Source: Amoebidium appalachense
Lineage: Eukaryota > Protista > Ichthyosporea
Direction: 5' to 3'
DNA length: 64,000 nt
Assembly: GCA_963693365.1 (NCBI GenBank)
Contig: CAVNZM010000002.1
Location: 10,596,328-10,660,327 of the forward strand
In this document: positions 24,046 through 37,559 of the stretch, piece by piece
How the letters are laid out: each line of letters opens with the position of its first letter
Numbering within the stretch: position 1 is the stretch's first letter
Notes under the pieces: model-generated
Told to the model about the DNA's origin: nothing
Databases searched by the model: none
The model's input: only the letters and a program-made list of their open reading frames with translations
Made by a program: the position numbers and the translations under genes

Positions 24046-24229
24046 TGACATATACTAATCCGTCTCAGCAGATCATCCTAAGTCAACGATCAAGATCGGG
24101 GGGGGGGGGGGGGGGGGGGGGTCCACAGATCATCAAGATCAAGTCCGGGACCTCAAGATCAGCTGCACAGCTGCGGGCATCGTGTCTCTGCCGGCGCAGG
24201 GCAGGACCACGTCAGCTGGAGCAGCCGAC
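24046..24229 (+). mobile_element. Partial F1 LTR (U3 end)
   Basis: tgacatatactaatccg...gcagccgac matches 21269-21469. Confidence 0.9.
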
Positions 24230-25974
24230 TGTCGTATCCTAACGTGTATGTATTAAGAGATGCGGCACTCTTCTAAGTGTACACACACGGAAAGGAACGA
24301 ACGTGTACGAAAAGAACGGCAAAGTTTATTCTAGGCCAGGCTCCGACGGGCAACCTGAGATCCAAAGTTTAACGGAATCAAGCTAAGTCACAACTGCGGC
24401 CATCAAGGCCGTGCTGCGACATCGAAATGTGATGGGAATATGAATTTGAACACGGATGAAAGTCGGATGGGGGACGGATGGTCACAGCTTTCGTTGACAA
24501 GAAATATGTTTTGGACAAGGAAAAGACTGAGGACGCCAGGTCGCGGAAGCCCCATTTCCATCGTGATGTTTATTGATCTGGGGGGCTTCCGTGTCTGGGG
24601 TGACTCGATGTATATCTACGTCACATGTTAAGCGCACAAGAGAAGGATAGTGTGTGTCCTCACACATGGATAAGGCTAGTACGTGGTGCAAACATAATAA
24701 GCATGTGGATGCCGCATACTAGAGGTAGGGGGGCGTCACAGTGTATATGTCAGGGACAGGCAAACCTCCAAGCCATCCCCTAACCACACGTGGGCGGGCT
24801 GCAGTGCCTCTGAGGATGACCTCACGTGGGTACAAAACATAAAAGCAAAACATGTAAGCAGAGGCGAGCAAGAGCGAGAAGCAGACATAGATCTTCCGGA
24901 TGTACATGTTGAAATATATCGTGATTGGGTATATACACGTAGTTTGCGCAAACGACGGCTGTTCAGACTGAAGGAAAACACACGGCTCTAGTGATCGTCA
25001 GGTAGTGATCTTAACCACCGTGTGGGCACAAGCAAAGTCCGAGACTCACACCCTCCGGCAAACGTGTGCTGGGCTTAGTGTCTGGCCGGCACCCATTATG
25101 CGGGATGTCGTAACCTATTGTGTATGTACTAGAGACGCGGCACTCTACTAAGTGTACACACACGAAAAGGAACGAACGTGTACGGAAAAACGGTAAAGTT
25201 TATTCAGACCAGGCTCCGACGGGCAAACTTAGATCCGTACGGAATGAGACTAAGTTACAACTGAGGCCATCAAGGCCGTGCCCTCAAAGATCATCATCAC
25301 CTGGCCCCCCTACGATGCCACATTCCAAACATTCCGATCTACTTTATCGTGCGCCTGCACGAGCTAAGTCGATCTACTCAAACCAATATATTTATCCATG
25401 TCTCACCCCTCACCCCTCCCCCTAGTGGCACCGCAGAGTCTAAATCTACATTTCATACTATCCTCCCCCCCCCCCCTCCCCCCTTTCCTCTACCTCTAAA
25501 TATATAAATACGTTTGGCAACATACACTATCAAACCTTGCCAATACTTACAAAAGGGCTTCTGCCCGAACAATCACATTCCTAAGTCCTCCTACGATCTA
25601 TCCTACACACTAATTAGAATTCTATTGGTCGGCTGCCCCGGCTGACGTGGTCCTGCCCTGCGCCGGCAGAGGCAAGATGCACGCAGCTGTACAGCTATCT
25701 TGAGGCCCCGGACTTGATCTTGATGATCTGTGGACCCGGGCCAAATCCCCCCCCCCCCCCCCCCGATCTCGATTGTAGACTTAGGCTGATCTGCTGAGAC
25801 GGATTAGTATATGTCAACTCCCCCCCCGGCCCCCGGAAAAGCTGAGTCCCACCTCAGTCACGTTACATCTAACACCCCCTAAAAAGACATAGACTAATCA
25901 GTCTCCTAAAAGAAATGAAATTAAATAAATTACGAAGAAAAATAATAAATTAATCTACACCATAAGCTTGATAC

Positions 25975-28900
25975 CTACGGAGACAAATTATGATAATAAA
26001 TTAAATTCCTACGACTACGTTCACACTCCTCCTCGGTCTCCTCCCCCCCTCCCCCCTCCCCCCGTGTGTCTACGTGTATTTGCATCACTCCCCCCCCGGC
26101 CCCCTCCCCCACCGACTTTTTCACACCACGATTAAACTGAGGAATAACTCTCTTTGGCCTAGAGGGAGCACTAGGCAACTCCCTCTGCACTAATCTAGCC
26201 TCATAAGCACGAATAGAAAACGGGCAATCCAAATGAAACTCAGGCAACCACTGATCTTCCTGATAACCTCCCTCAAAACGAATTAAATAATAATTTACCT
26301 TACCTTCCTTACCTTCGATAACCTTTTTGTCCATAATTTTATCTACTGCAGCCTCCGATACATCCACCGACCCGTCATAGTCGGGGGTGAATGCATCTAA
26401 CACTCGACGGCCCTCCGGCCGTTTAACCCTAAGGGCCCTATCATAATATTCCTTTATATCATCTACATTATAAAATCTAACATCACTCTCATTATCTAAC
26501 CTCTGCACCTTATATTCCGTCGGACCTAACCTAGCCACTATTCTATACGGGCCAATGAAAAGAGGCAACCATTTCTTACCATACTTACGAAGACCTTCCA
26601 GTCCCCTTCACCCTTACCTTCCTGCTCCTGCTTATATCTCTTTTTCCTAGTATGATCCCTAAGTAAAACTAAAGTACCCTCGGCAAATTCACGTAACGGA
26701 CGTGTGGACACGTCTGCACGTGTCTGTGCCTGCTGTGTACGGGCCAGAGCTGCATCACGTGCAGCCCGGGCCCGGGTTAGTAGCTGCTCCCGGAACTCAG
26801 TCCAGTGGGGATAAGTTAGTCGGTCAGCCCCCCCCATCGGCAAAAGTGCCGTATCTAACAAACTAATAGCCTCCTGCCCATAGACCAAATAAAACGGAGA
26901 AAAACCAGTCACAGCATGAGGGGTAGAATTATATGAATGAGCAATAAACCTAGACATATGATCCCAATCATTAGCCTCCACATCCACCATTTTGCCAAAG
27001 GACTTCTGAAACACTGCATGCACACCTTCAGAGATGGCATTTGCTTGAGGGTGATATGCAGACGTAGTGATATGAGCTACCCTTAAAATTTTACACACCT
27101 CCGACACCAACTGATTTAAAAACACACGACTCCTATCCGTTAACAAAACACGAGGACAACCAAACCTAAGACAAATTTCATCCACAAAAGTACGAGCAAA
27201 CAAAACGGCATTAGCAGTGGGGAGAGGAAAAACTTCAACCCAACGAATGGCCACATCGGTGACGGTAACAAGAACAGTGTTACCCTCAACCGTAGAATTA
27301 AAAGGACCGACCACATCCACTGCTACCCTTTCAAACATACGAACATTAAAATCCCTAATAGACGACGGGCGGGAACGAGAGTGGGGACTCTCATTCCTTT
27401 CCTGACAATGCATGCATGACAACACATAATCCCTCACCTCCCTACTCATACCCGGCCAAAAATACGAACGATTAACACGAAGCAACGTCCTAATTACACC
27501 TAAATGACCAGCCATGGGATGCTCATGCACCATATGCAAAACCTCAGGCACAAGTGCCGTCGGGACCCAAACTCGGTGTCCGTCTGGCCCAGAACAATGA
27601 TAAACTAAATCCTGCTCTACCTGACACATTTTTGCTAACTTAGCTACCTTAATCATCTGCCTTTTATTTTTAAATTTAATCGAATCAACCGGCCCCTTTA
27701 AATAATTCTTAACCAGACCAATCAACACATCTTCCTCCTGAGCTAAGATCAAAGCCGTAGGTGCTAAGGCAGGGGCCGAGCCATGAGACTCGGTCCCGAC
27801 CTCAGACACTGACAAATACCTCCCGCCCCCTCCCCTACACTTATAAGCAAGCAACCCCGGAACCCAAGAAGACACATCAACAGACACAGCATCTATTCCT
27901 TTCTGCTCACTCTCCCCCCCCCTTCCCCCCCCTCCCCCCCCCCGTCTCTCACTAGCCCCCCCTCCCCCTCCTTCTCTTCTTCAAACAAAATATAAGCAGC
28001 ACGAGAGAGAGCATCACAGTCAACCATTGTTTCACCCTTGGCATAAAACAATTTATAGGAGAACTCACCGAGAGCCGCGGCCCACTTCTGCATCCTCTCG
28101 TTGACCAGACGAGTGGTGCCGGCCATGGCTAGGCAGGGCTTGTGGTCGGTGTAGACCTCAAACGTCCTGCCTGCGAGTATATACCTCCATGCCTGTGAGA
28201 CTGCTCAAAAGATAGCATGGGACTCTCTCTCTGGATTGCTATATCTCCGTTCACTTTTACTAAATGAACGACTAGCATAAGCAATCACTCTATACTGCCC
28301 CTCCTGCACTTGATATAACACGGCCCCCTCAGCAACCTTACTTGCATCACACCGAACTTTAAACATCCCCCCCCCCCGGCCGAAAAATCAGGATGAACAA
28401 GCATACTCGAAGACTGCAAAGCTAACTTAAGCTTTTCGAACGCAGAAACAGCATCAACATTCCAATCTATTCTATTCTTCTTCTCCCCCCCCGTCTGGCT
28501 AGTCAACGGCAAAGCAAGCATACTATAATCCTTAATATAACGACGAAGATAATTAGTTAAACCTAAGAATTGCCTTAGTTGAGTGACAGTCTGAGGACGG
28601 GGCCACTCAACTATGGCCCGGATTTTCTCCGGATCAGGGGAAAGACCATTACTAGACACAATATGACCTAAAACTTAACCTCCGGCACACCAATCACAGT
28701 CTTGCTACCGCTAATACGAAGACCAGACTCACCCAAAGCTAAAAATACTTTTTCACAATTATTAACTAACTCCTCAAATGACCTACCTGTAATTAAAACA
28801 TCATCCAAATAAGGGTGGCATACATCCAAATGAGGGTGGAGAATTTTATACATTACCCGGCACAACATAGCTGGAGAGGAGAGCAAACCCATCGGCACCA

Positions 28901-31114
28901 CCTTGTACTGGAACAGCTGGTCACCCAGTGCAAAGGCAGTCTTCTCCTTGCTGCTCTCCTCCAACCTTATCTGCCAAAAAGCTGCTTTTAAATCAAGTTT
29001 AGCAAAGTGAGTATAGCCGTGCAGCTGTGAAAGCTGCTCGTCTATGTTAGGGAGAGGCCATTGGTCTGCCTTAGTGATCCGATTCAGAGCCCTGTAATCG
29101 TTCACTAGACGCCAAGACCCGTCGGGCTTCTTAACCAATAGCACCGGACTTCTCCACGGACTCGAACTATGCTCCACATGACCCTTTTTTAACATATCAC
29201 TCACTATAATTAGCGCATCTGACAATTTGTACTTTTCCATTCGATAGCTAGGCATCACTACCGGCCTATTATCACCTGTGTCGATCTGCATTTCAAACCC
29301 TTTAACGAAGCCTACTTCGTTATCATCGGCCAGAAATCCAAACCGAGTCCTATCAAATAACTTAGCTAATAACTTTTTCTGCTCCACCGTCCAATCTCCC
29401 TCCTTCATACCAAACGGCAATACTAACTCCGGGTTACCCCCATCACGAGTGGATGCATCCTTATTCACCGGAGTGCCACTTAACATTTCACCTCCTGTAT
29501 TACATCGGTGCTGCTTGGGGTGAGGTTGAGGTACCTCCGGATATAGGCGGTCACCCTTAGCACCCCCCCTCCCCCCGGCACACCAATGCCCCCGGGCAAT
29601 TCCTGATGAGTTAGTGCATGTATGTGGGGGGCCAGGTCTGTGGCCACCCTGCCCCCCACGGTGTTGGTTAACCCGTCAGATCCACGGGTTAGACCAACAC
29701 CCTCCCCCCCTGCTTGCACATTCTCACACCCGGGGTGACCCTCCTTCCTCTTGGGGGTCGGGGGAGTGGGACCGGTGCTGTCCCGGTCCCCCCCCCCCAT
29801 CGTGTCGGGTGACATTTTGGTGGCTAACGTTAAATAAAGTTGTTCCCCCTCCTCCTGAGTCACCCTTCGAGCCGGCATCCTCCTTTTGGGTAATAAGAGA
29901 GACCTCTATACTACCAATCTCATTAGTGAAACTACCGACGGAAACACCTGACCTAATCACTATAGGCTCGATGCCCGGATTCCCTAATTCTATTTCTATT
30001 GTCTTATCCGGCCATACCCTACTAAGGGTCCATTGAGCCACCTCCTGAAATGGGGTTTTCGGAGTAAAAACCCCTAAATCCCCTATCCTAACATGATTGC
30101 CGGCCCGGACACGTACCGTTTGGCACTGATAAGGCTCGATTACTACTTCAGCTACCGTTCTAGCACCAGACTGATAACCGTCGAGCCCATCATGGGTTTT
30201 AATTTTAACGCCGGACTGCAATTCTAAAACATTCGTACGTTCAAACAAAGCATTCACATGTCTACGGAAAAATGGGGCTCCCAACAAAACACTTTGAGCT
30301 AAATCCTTAACCACATAACAAGCAATATGCATAGCCTGGCCACCTATCTCACACGGCAACACACAAACACCTTCCACAGACATACTACTATTATTAGCAC
30401 TACCTAAGGCTGTGCTAGAAGCATCTAAAATAGGAATTTCCCCCCCGGCCTGATTAAAACGACGAATAAACGAAGCATGCACACAATTAACCTGAGCCCC
30501 TCCATCGAGCAAAGCAACAGCCTTCAACTTACCATCAGCTAACCATACGTCTATATAATGCCGGCTAAAACCAACTAAATCCTCCTCCAATTCGAGCAAC
30601 ACATCATCACTCACACCTAGACCCTGCCCACGAAGACTCACACCCTCGATACCTACGTGCAACATACCTACCTGTGGTGCCTGCACGGGTGGGGTGGGGT
30701 GTGTATGTGATGTGGGTGGTGGTGGAGTGTGTGTGTGTGGTGTGTGGGTGGGTGGTGTGTGTGTGTTTGGTGTATGTGTGGGTTTGTGTGTGGGTGTAGG
30801 TGTGTCTGCAACCGTCGTATGTTGTTGTGGTGGTGTGTTTCTACGTGTCTGTGCCTTCCCCCCCTTCCCCCTTTACTCGTGTGTGTCCCCCCCCCTCCCG
30901 GAAACAATGGCACAGAAACCCCCTCCAGTGTGGTTAGAACAAACACCGGGTTGGGACAAGAAACACTGAGACCATCCACTTGTGGCTGGGGAACCTCCCC
31001 CAACCACAAAACATTCACACCATTCATACCTTTGGTAGAGTCACCCCACAAACATTCATGCCATACCACCTCGACGCTGTCTTGAGGACCCACGACGATG
31101 CCCGGCTCCCACAC
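25975..31114 (-). pseudogene. pol: F1 pol (PR-RT-RH-IN-chromodomain), disrupted
   Basis: Same motifs as copy 1, broken into ORFs 29724-30686, 28668-29486, 28285-28659, 27893-28126, 26538-27887 and 25975-26568. Confidence 0.92.
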
Positions 31115-31249
31115 GTATCGGGGCGGTGAGGGGGCAAAGGGAAGCTTAACCTGGGGTGGGGGAGGGTGAAGGTTCTCTGCAACCTGGGGGGGACCGATAC
31201 TGTCCCCCCCCCTCCCTCAGTGACCCCAGCTTCCCCCTCCCCCCGGAAC

Positions 31250-32590
31250 TCAATAGCTCTTGTAACTACGGCAATATGCAGCAGAGTGCCCTTGCCGGCC
31301 ACAAAAGTAACATGCACCAAAGAAGGGGCCAGGGGGGACTTCAAAACCTTGGCGCAAAGCATAACCGGGAGCCCGGTCATGCTGGGGGGGCCCACCGTGT
31401 GCACCACGGCCCCCCTTCCCCCCCTGCCCCCCTCGGCCTCTCTCACCACCATTTCCACCCCTCCCTCTACCCTGCCCACCACCACGAGCAAGATAAGGGG
31501 CAAACCTCTCGGTGAACTGCTGCTGTTGTCCTCCACGTCCACCGCGCCCCCGACCGCCGTGTCCACCCCGGTCGCCGCCACGGCCACCCCGGAAGCCGAA
31601 GCCCCCTCGGCCAGAGAAGACGGCCTGGGAGAGCTCGGCAACCTGCTTGACCAACATGGTGAGTGCATCTGGCTGTTCACCCTCTTTTTTCTCTTTTTCC
31701 CCCTTCTGTCCACTCTCCTTCTTTTTCTTGTCTACTTCCATCACCTCCTTTTTATCCCTCTTATTGAACTTCACCTCGTGCATGGCAAGCAAGTGACGTT
31801 TAACATGCAACACCACCTCATCTACATCATCATGCTCCCCAAACATGCGTGCAGTGTCTGTGTTTACAGAGAGAGCCTTACGAGCAAACTCGAACTTTTC
31901 CCTATCACTCACGTCACCAGCTAACTCACACAGGTCTTCAAAGACCCGATATTCCCTCTCAAAGAATGCACGAGCTTCTACGGGGGACATATCTAAAGTG
32001 GGAAAGGTATACTTCCATTCTCGTAGCTGGGCCCGGAAGGTACGGTGCCGGTCGGCCGTCAGGTATCGACCGACGAGCCGGGTCGTATACTCGAGCTCGT
32101 TTTCCGGCCGTGTGAAGGCCTCGAGCTCCCCGTCCACGTCGTCGGTGCTGTTCTCGTCCTCGTCGTCGGGGATGAATCGTGCGGCCAGACGTTTCTGGCC
32201 GAGCGTCCGGGACACCATCTCGTCCCTCCCCTCGTCGTACTGCTGCTCGTATATACGAGCCGTCACCTGGGGGGCCTGCTCGGCCCGGTACGGGTGCTCC
32301 TCCATAAGGGTGCATAAGTCGGCCATTGTCTTGTGGTCGATGCACTGCTTGATCATTAGGCACGAGGCCGCCACAGTGGGGGCCTTCTTTGTGTCTAACA
32401 CTAGTGTGGGTGTGTTAGCTAGGAGTGTCCTAAGCCACCTAGGTATTTCCGAGTCGTGTTTGAGTGTAAAACTGCCAGTGAAAGCTGTGGTCTGTCTAAC
32501 GTCTAGTGTATGAACCTGTGGTACCTGTGTGTGCAGGGAGCTATCCTCCGCTGCCAATGCGTAGAACATATCTACGTTGAACTTAGCCAT
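31250..32590 (-). CDS. gag: F1 Gag, 446 aa, intact
   Basis: Single ORF with RGG repeats and a CCHC knuckle. Confidence 0.92.
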   Translation of the reverse strand: MAKFNVDMFYALAAEDSSLHTQVPQVHTLDVRQTTAFTGSFTLKHDSEIPRWLRTLLANTPTLVLDTKKAPTVAASCLMIKQCIDHKTMADLCTLMEEHPYRAEQAPQVTARIYEQQYDEGRDEMVSRTLGQKRLAARFIPDDEDENSTDDVDGELEAFTRPENELEYTTRLVGRYLTADRHRTFRAQLREWKYTFPTLDMSPVEARAFFEREYRVFEDLCELAGDVSDREKFEFARKALSVNTDTARMFGEHDDVDEVVLHVKRHLLAMHEVKFNKRDKKEVMEVDKKKKESGQKGEKEKKEGEQPDALTMLVKQVAELSQAVFSGRGGFGFRGGRGGDRGGHGGRGRGGRGGQQQQFTERFAPYLARGGGQGRGRGGNGGERGRGGQGGKGGRGAHGGPPQHDRAPGYALRQGFEVPPGPFFGACYFCGRQGHSAAYCRSYKSY

Positions 32591-32628
32591 TGTGTGGTGT
32601 GTGCCCGAACTCGTGTGGTTGTGTTTAT

Positions 32629-32660
<32 letters not shown>

Positions 32661-33967
32661 CGTTGTGTGTTTGAGGTGTAGCAACAGCCCAGAAGGAACT
32701 GTCACCGCGTTACCCTAGCGCGAAAAACCGCACTAAAAGAAAGGTGTAGCTTGTCGTAACCTATTGTGTATGTACTAGAGACGCGGCACTCTACTAAGTG
32801 TACACACACGAAAAGGAACGAACGTGTACGGAAAAACGGTAAAGTTTATTCAGACCAGGCTCCGACGGGCAAACTTAGATCCGTACGGAATGAGACTAAG
32901 TTACAACTGAGGCCATCAAGGCCGTGCCCTCAAAGATCATCATCACCTGGCCCCCCTACGATGCCACATTCCAAACATTCCGATCTACTTTATCGTGCGC
33001 CTGCACGAGCTAAGTCGATCTACTCAAACCAATATATTTATCCATGTCTCACCCCTCACCCTCCCCCTAGTGGCACCGCAGAGTCTAAATCTACATTTCA
33101 TACTATCCTCCCCCCCCCCCTCCCCCTCCCCCCCTCTTCCTCTACCTCTAAATATATAAATACGTTTGGCAACATACACTATCAAACCTTGCCAATACTT
33201 ACAAAAGGGCTTCTGCCCGAACAATCACATTCCTAAGTCCTCCTACGATCTATCCTACACACTAATTAGAATTCTATTGGTCGGCTGCCCCGGCTGACGT
33301 GGTCCTCAGTGCCCTGCGCCGGCAGAGGCAAGATGCACGCAGCTGTACAGCTATCTTGAGGCCCCGGACTTGATCTTGATGATCTGTGGACCCGGGCCAA
33401 ATCCCCCCCCCCCCCCCCCCCCGATCTCGATCGTAGACTTAGGCTGATCTGCTGAGACGGATTAGTATATGTCACGGGATTAGCAGCACACGGGGGTGGT
33501 GTTTCTCGTGCCTTGCTTATACACACAAAGTATCCGGACCAAAACTTGCCGATCACTGTGGTCGTGTGTGGAAAATGGGAAAAGATGATGCGCTCATGAG
33601 AAATGGGCTGGTGCGAAAACCGAGTTGTGTGTGCTACAATACTATGAAAAATGATATGGCTGTTGCAAAAAATGGCCTCATTTCGGGGCGACGTCCGAAT
33701 AAGTACGCAAATGCATCCTCAGAGGCTCGTGTATCCGTAGTTATCCGTGGACTGCTGTGACCATCCGTCCGTAAAGATGAGCTATCGTAGCATGCTAGCA
33801 GAGCGCGCGTGTGGAAGCGTGTTAAATTACCTGGTTACCCCTGAGGGAGACCTTTCTTTTCTGCTACCATGCGACATCGAAATGTGATGGGAATATGATG
33901 CGACATCGAAATGTGATGGGAATATGAATTCGAACCCGGATGAAAGTCGGAAGGGGGACGGATGGTC

Positions 33968-36900
33968 TGTAAACAACTGTACACATGAACTGTACATGTT
34001 TACTAAAGAATGTGATCTACTAGCACACGATTCGTGCTTTGTCATGAATATCACATAAATATTATGTCCGCACCAATAGGACTCACTCTGACCTAAGAAT
34101 TGAACCATATATGGTTCTTCAGCTGCATACCACATAAACGAAGTGAACCAATAAGAGGTTTGCATAAATAGGACAAAGGTCTGACTGGCTCGGACCGCAC
34201 CAGAATCACGAATGGCATGTTGCCACCCGCGCTGGCCGCGGATGAACCAATCCTGGGCCTTGATCCGAAACCTGGGGGCTATATAAGAAAGCCGTCCCAG
34301 TACGGGGATCACATCAGTGAAGTCTGAGACAGACTGAGTCGGCCCATAGTAAACGCAACCTGGCCGCGTGTGCCTTTCTACCCGTTCTCTGTCTTTATTT
34401 TGATTCAGTTGTACTCTGCCTTATCCTAACTAGTCCAACTGTTTACATTGGCGACCGCGGCAGGACACTGTTATACATTGCCAACTGTTTACATTGGCGA
34501 CCGCGCAGTTCAAGAATTTCGCATCCTTCGAATCTCACATCTTTCAATCAGTTCAAGAATCTCACATCTTTCAATCAGCTCAAGAATCTCCCATGGCCGA
34601 TCACAATCCTTTTTACCCCGATGATAGGCACATCTTTCAAGTTGTCCGGCTTAGAATATATACACGGACAAGTTTGAAGTGGCCAGCCCACCTACACGGA
34701 AAGAATTGAAAGCATGTAAAACTTCTTTTGCTACGACACATCAAAAATGTGAAGAAAAACGAATACACAACGAAACAACGAATACACGAGCAAACGAATA
34801 AAGAATTGCTAACGAAGCAATGAACCAACGAAAAACGAACCATCACGAATACACAATGAAATAAAGAATTAACGACAAGCGAATGCATAAAGGAAATACG
34901 AAATGAATGCAACACAAAACAAAACAAAGTAACGAAGTTATCAAACGACAAAAAACGAAAAACGAAAGCAAAATGAAATGGAAATACGAAAATGAAAGAA
35001 CGAATGCACAACACTGCTTGGGTTGCAATGCACACAGCCCCCTCTATGTTACGAAGAAAAGAAAACCGTTGCCCTTGCGTGCATTGCGCTATTGCACACT
35101 GTCATCGTGTCCATGCCACCGCATGCACCTCCACACTCGCAAGCCAGATGCACGGCCACTTTCAGCACGAATGCATTTAAAGAAGAAGATAGTCGCTGTT
35201 CCTATAGCATTGAGGACATAAGGTGCTGTGAAAGTAGTTTTGCATGCATGCTTCGAATTTCTTGCTGTTTTCGAATACAGCATGCCCCATAGTTTAGCGC
35301 ACAGGATGCACAACATGCGCATGAATGTATGCTGGCATGCCTAAACACATTACGAACATATGCCTCATGTATGGCGGCCCTTCCTGGTGCCAAGCCCTAA
35401 CGAATTTGCACTCTTGGTGCACAAAAGGCATGTAATAAAGTCGATGCAGAACTTTTGTTCATGCATGTGAAAAACAAAGAAGGTGTTGGGTACGAATTTT
35501 AAGGTAATTGCCCGTCTGTGGCAATACTGTGTAACATACCAATTACACTGTCAAGCCTTGCACTAGCTGCCGGCACACCCCCACCAGAACAAAAGAATGT
35601 GGTATGGGCACCGCTCCCTCACAACCCCATCATACAGTGTCAGTATTTTGGCTGGAAGCCTTTCAGTTTCGAATTACGAATACCCTCCTTCACTACTGAA
35701 GAAAGTGACGTGGAAGACGAATACGAATACGAATGCAAGGTGTTGTTGACTAACACATCGGACCATCATGTGTACCTAGGCCCTGGTACGGAGGTGACCA
35801 TGTTATTCCCTTGCAATATGATGACACTGTAACAATTTAGCACGTGCATACCCCACCAATGGGCACATGCGGGAGACAACCCCACAAGCTGCCTTATTGG
35901 GCACCTCTGCTAAAACGAATATTCTTCTCACGAAGGAACAGAAGAATGCCACGAACACGAACCACACACTCCCCAGGCAGCTACTTACGTCTGATGTATG
36001 AAAGTAGTAGGTGTGTGAATGGGGTAACTTCATGAACACCAACACGAAAGCAAGCACAGCACAAAGCAGTTCCACGAACACGAATGGTTTTGGTTTTCCG
36101 CACAACGAACAGAACCAACAGTAGGACCACCTACAAATGAAGCAGAGGATGGGGCACCATCCAGACCTGCACTGGAGGATATGAAAACACGAAGCGCGCT
36201 CACGAATTTGCTTACAAAAGAAAGGGCGACTGTGACGACTTTTCTTTTTAGGCCAAGCCTCCAGAAGAATGTATTATGCCTGGAATCCCCCTGCTCAACG
36301 AAAATGGCTGGCAAATGGGATACGAAAACTGCTCACGAATGGAAGCATGTGTTTTCTGAAGAAGGTTTGCTTTGCCTACCCTCTTCTTATGAATTATGAA
36401 CTGGGTTTTTACTGGTTCGAATTCTGACGGGCTGATATATTTCTTTATGTCGCCCAACGAAGAACACTTGGGCATTTTTATTCTGTTTTTCCCAGCTCCG
36501 ATGATGCAGGGTTAAAGCTGAAAGGAAAGAAGTGCTCTTTGTTCATGAAAGAAGTGGCTTTTCCGGCCATGGTGACTCGCCTTACAGTCTTATGGTAGAA
36601 CCGGGATAAGGAGCAGTGGCTAAGCCTTGAAGCTATCCACCACTACCTGAGCTACGAAGTGACCTAAGGCTTGAGTTATATTCATTATCGAATGTTTGGT
36701 ATGATCATTCATCCACACAACTAAATTACTCGCAATTGAAAACGAATCTGCGGGAGTGTCCTAAAAAGGAAAAATTCCCCAAAAAGGAAAATATTACTTC
36801 TACAGAAAAAGCCAAGCACAGAGACGAAGCGAACAATTCGCACGAACACTCTGCAACAATCTTCGCCACGAAAATGAAAGCACAGAAGAATGCTGCATGA

Positions 36901-37559
36901 ATTTACGTTTTGGCAAATGAAGAAGTGCTCATAGACGTGCACAACTCTATTCAACCGTCCTTGCTCTGTTCTGCCCAGCAGCTCGGCGCACAAGAATTCT
37001 CGCTGAAGGTTGTTTATCGCCTCTCAGCCTGGTGGTTTGCTTGTCTAACGACACCACCAGGCTCCCGACAAGGGGGGAGTGTAAACAACTGTACACATGA
37101 ACTGTACATGTTTACTAAAGAATGTGATCTACTAGCACACGATTCGTGCTTTGTCATGAATATCACATAAATATTATGTCCGCACCAATAGGACTCACTC
37201 TGACCTAAGAATTGAACCATATATGGTTCTTCAGCTGCATACCACATAAACGAAGTGAACCAATAAGAGGTTTGCATAAATAGGACAAAGGTCTGACTGG
37301 CTCGGACCGCACCAGAATCACGAATGGCATGTTGCCACCCGCGCTGGCCGCGGATGAACCAATCCTGGGCCTTGATCCGAAACCTGGGGGCTATATAAGA
37401 AAGCCGTCCCAGTACGGGGATCACATCAGTGAAGTCTGAGACAGACTGAGTCGGCCCATAGTAAACGCAACCTGGCCGCGTGTGCCTTTCTACCCGTTCT
37501 CTGTCTTTATTTTGATTCAGTTGTACTCTGCCTTATCCTAACTAGTCCAACTGTTTACA
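33968..37559 (+). mobile_element. Non-autonomous LTR retrotransposon with degenerate pol traces
   Basis: 480-bp LTRs at 33968-34447 and 37080-37559, apparently identical, with TGTAAACA/TGTTTACA ends. TSD TGGTC. PBS TGGCGACCGCGGCAGGAC (34449-34466) is tRNA-Arg(UCG) type. PPT aaggggggag. Relic LKGKKCSLFMKEVAF near 36520. Confidence 0.93.

Larger units (their letters stand above)
25106..33474 (-). mobile_element. Full-length F1 chromovirus copy 2
   Basis: LTRs at 25106-25816 and 32752-33474. Perfect 5-bp TSD CGGGA. Gag intact; pol carries frameshifts and a stop. Confidence 0.97.

Noticed and set aside
33827-34312. Repeated 161/136-aa ORF (also 37014-37424) and repeated ORFs in F1/F2 LTRs
   Set aside because: They recur only because they lie in duplicated LTRs and show no protein motifs.
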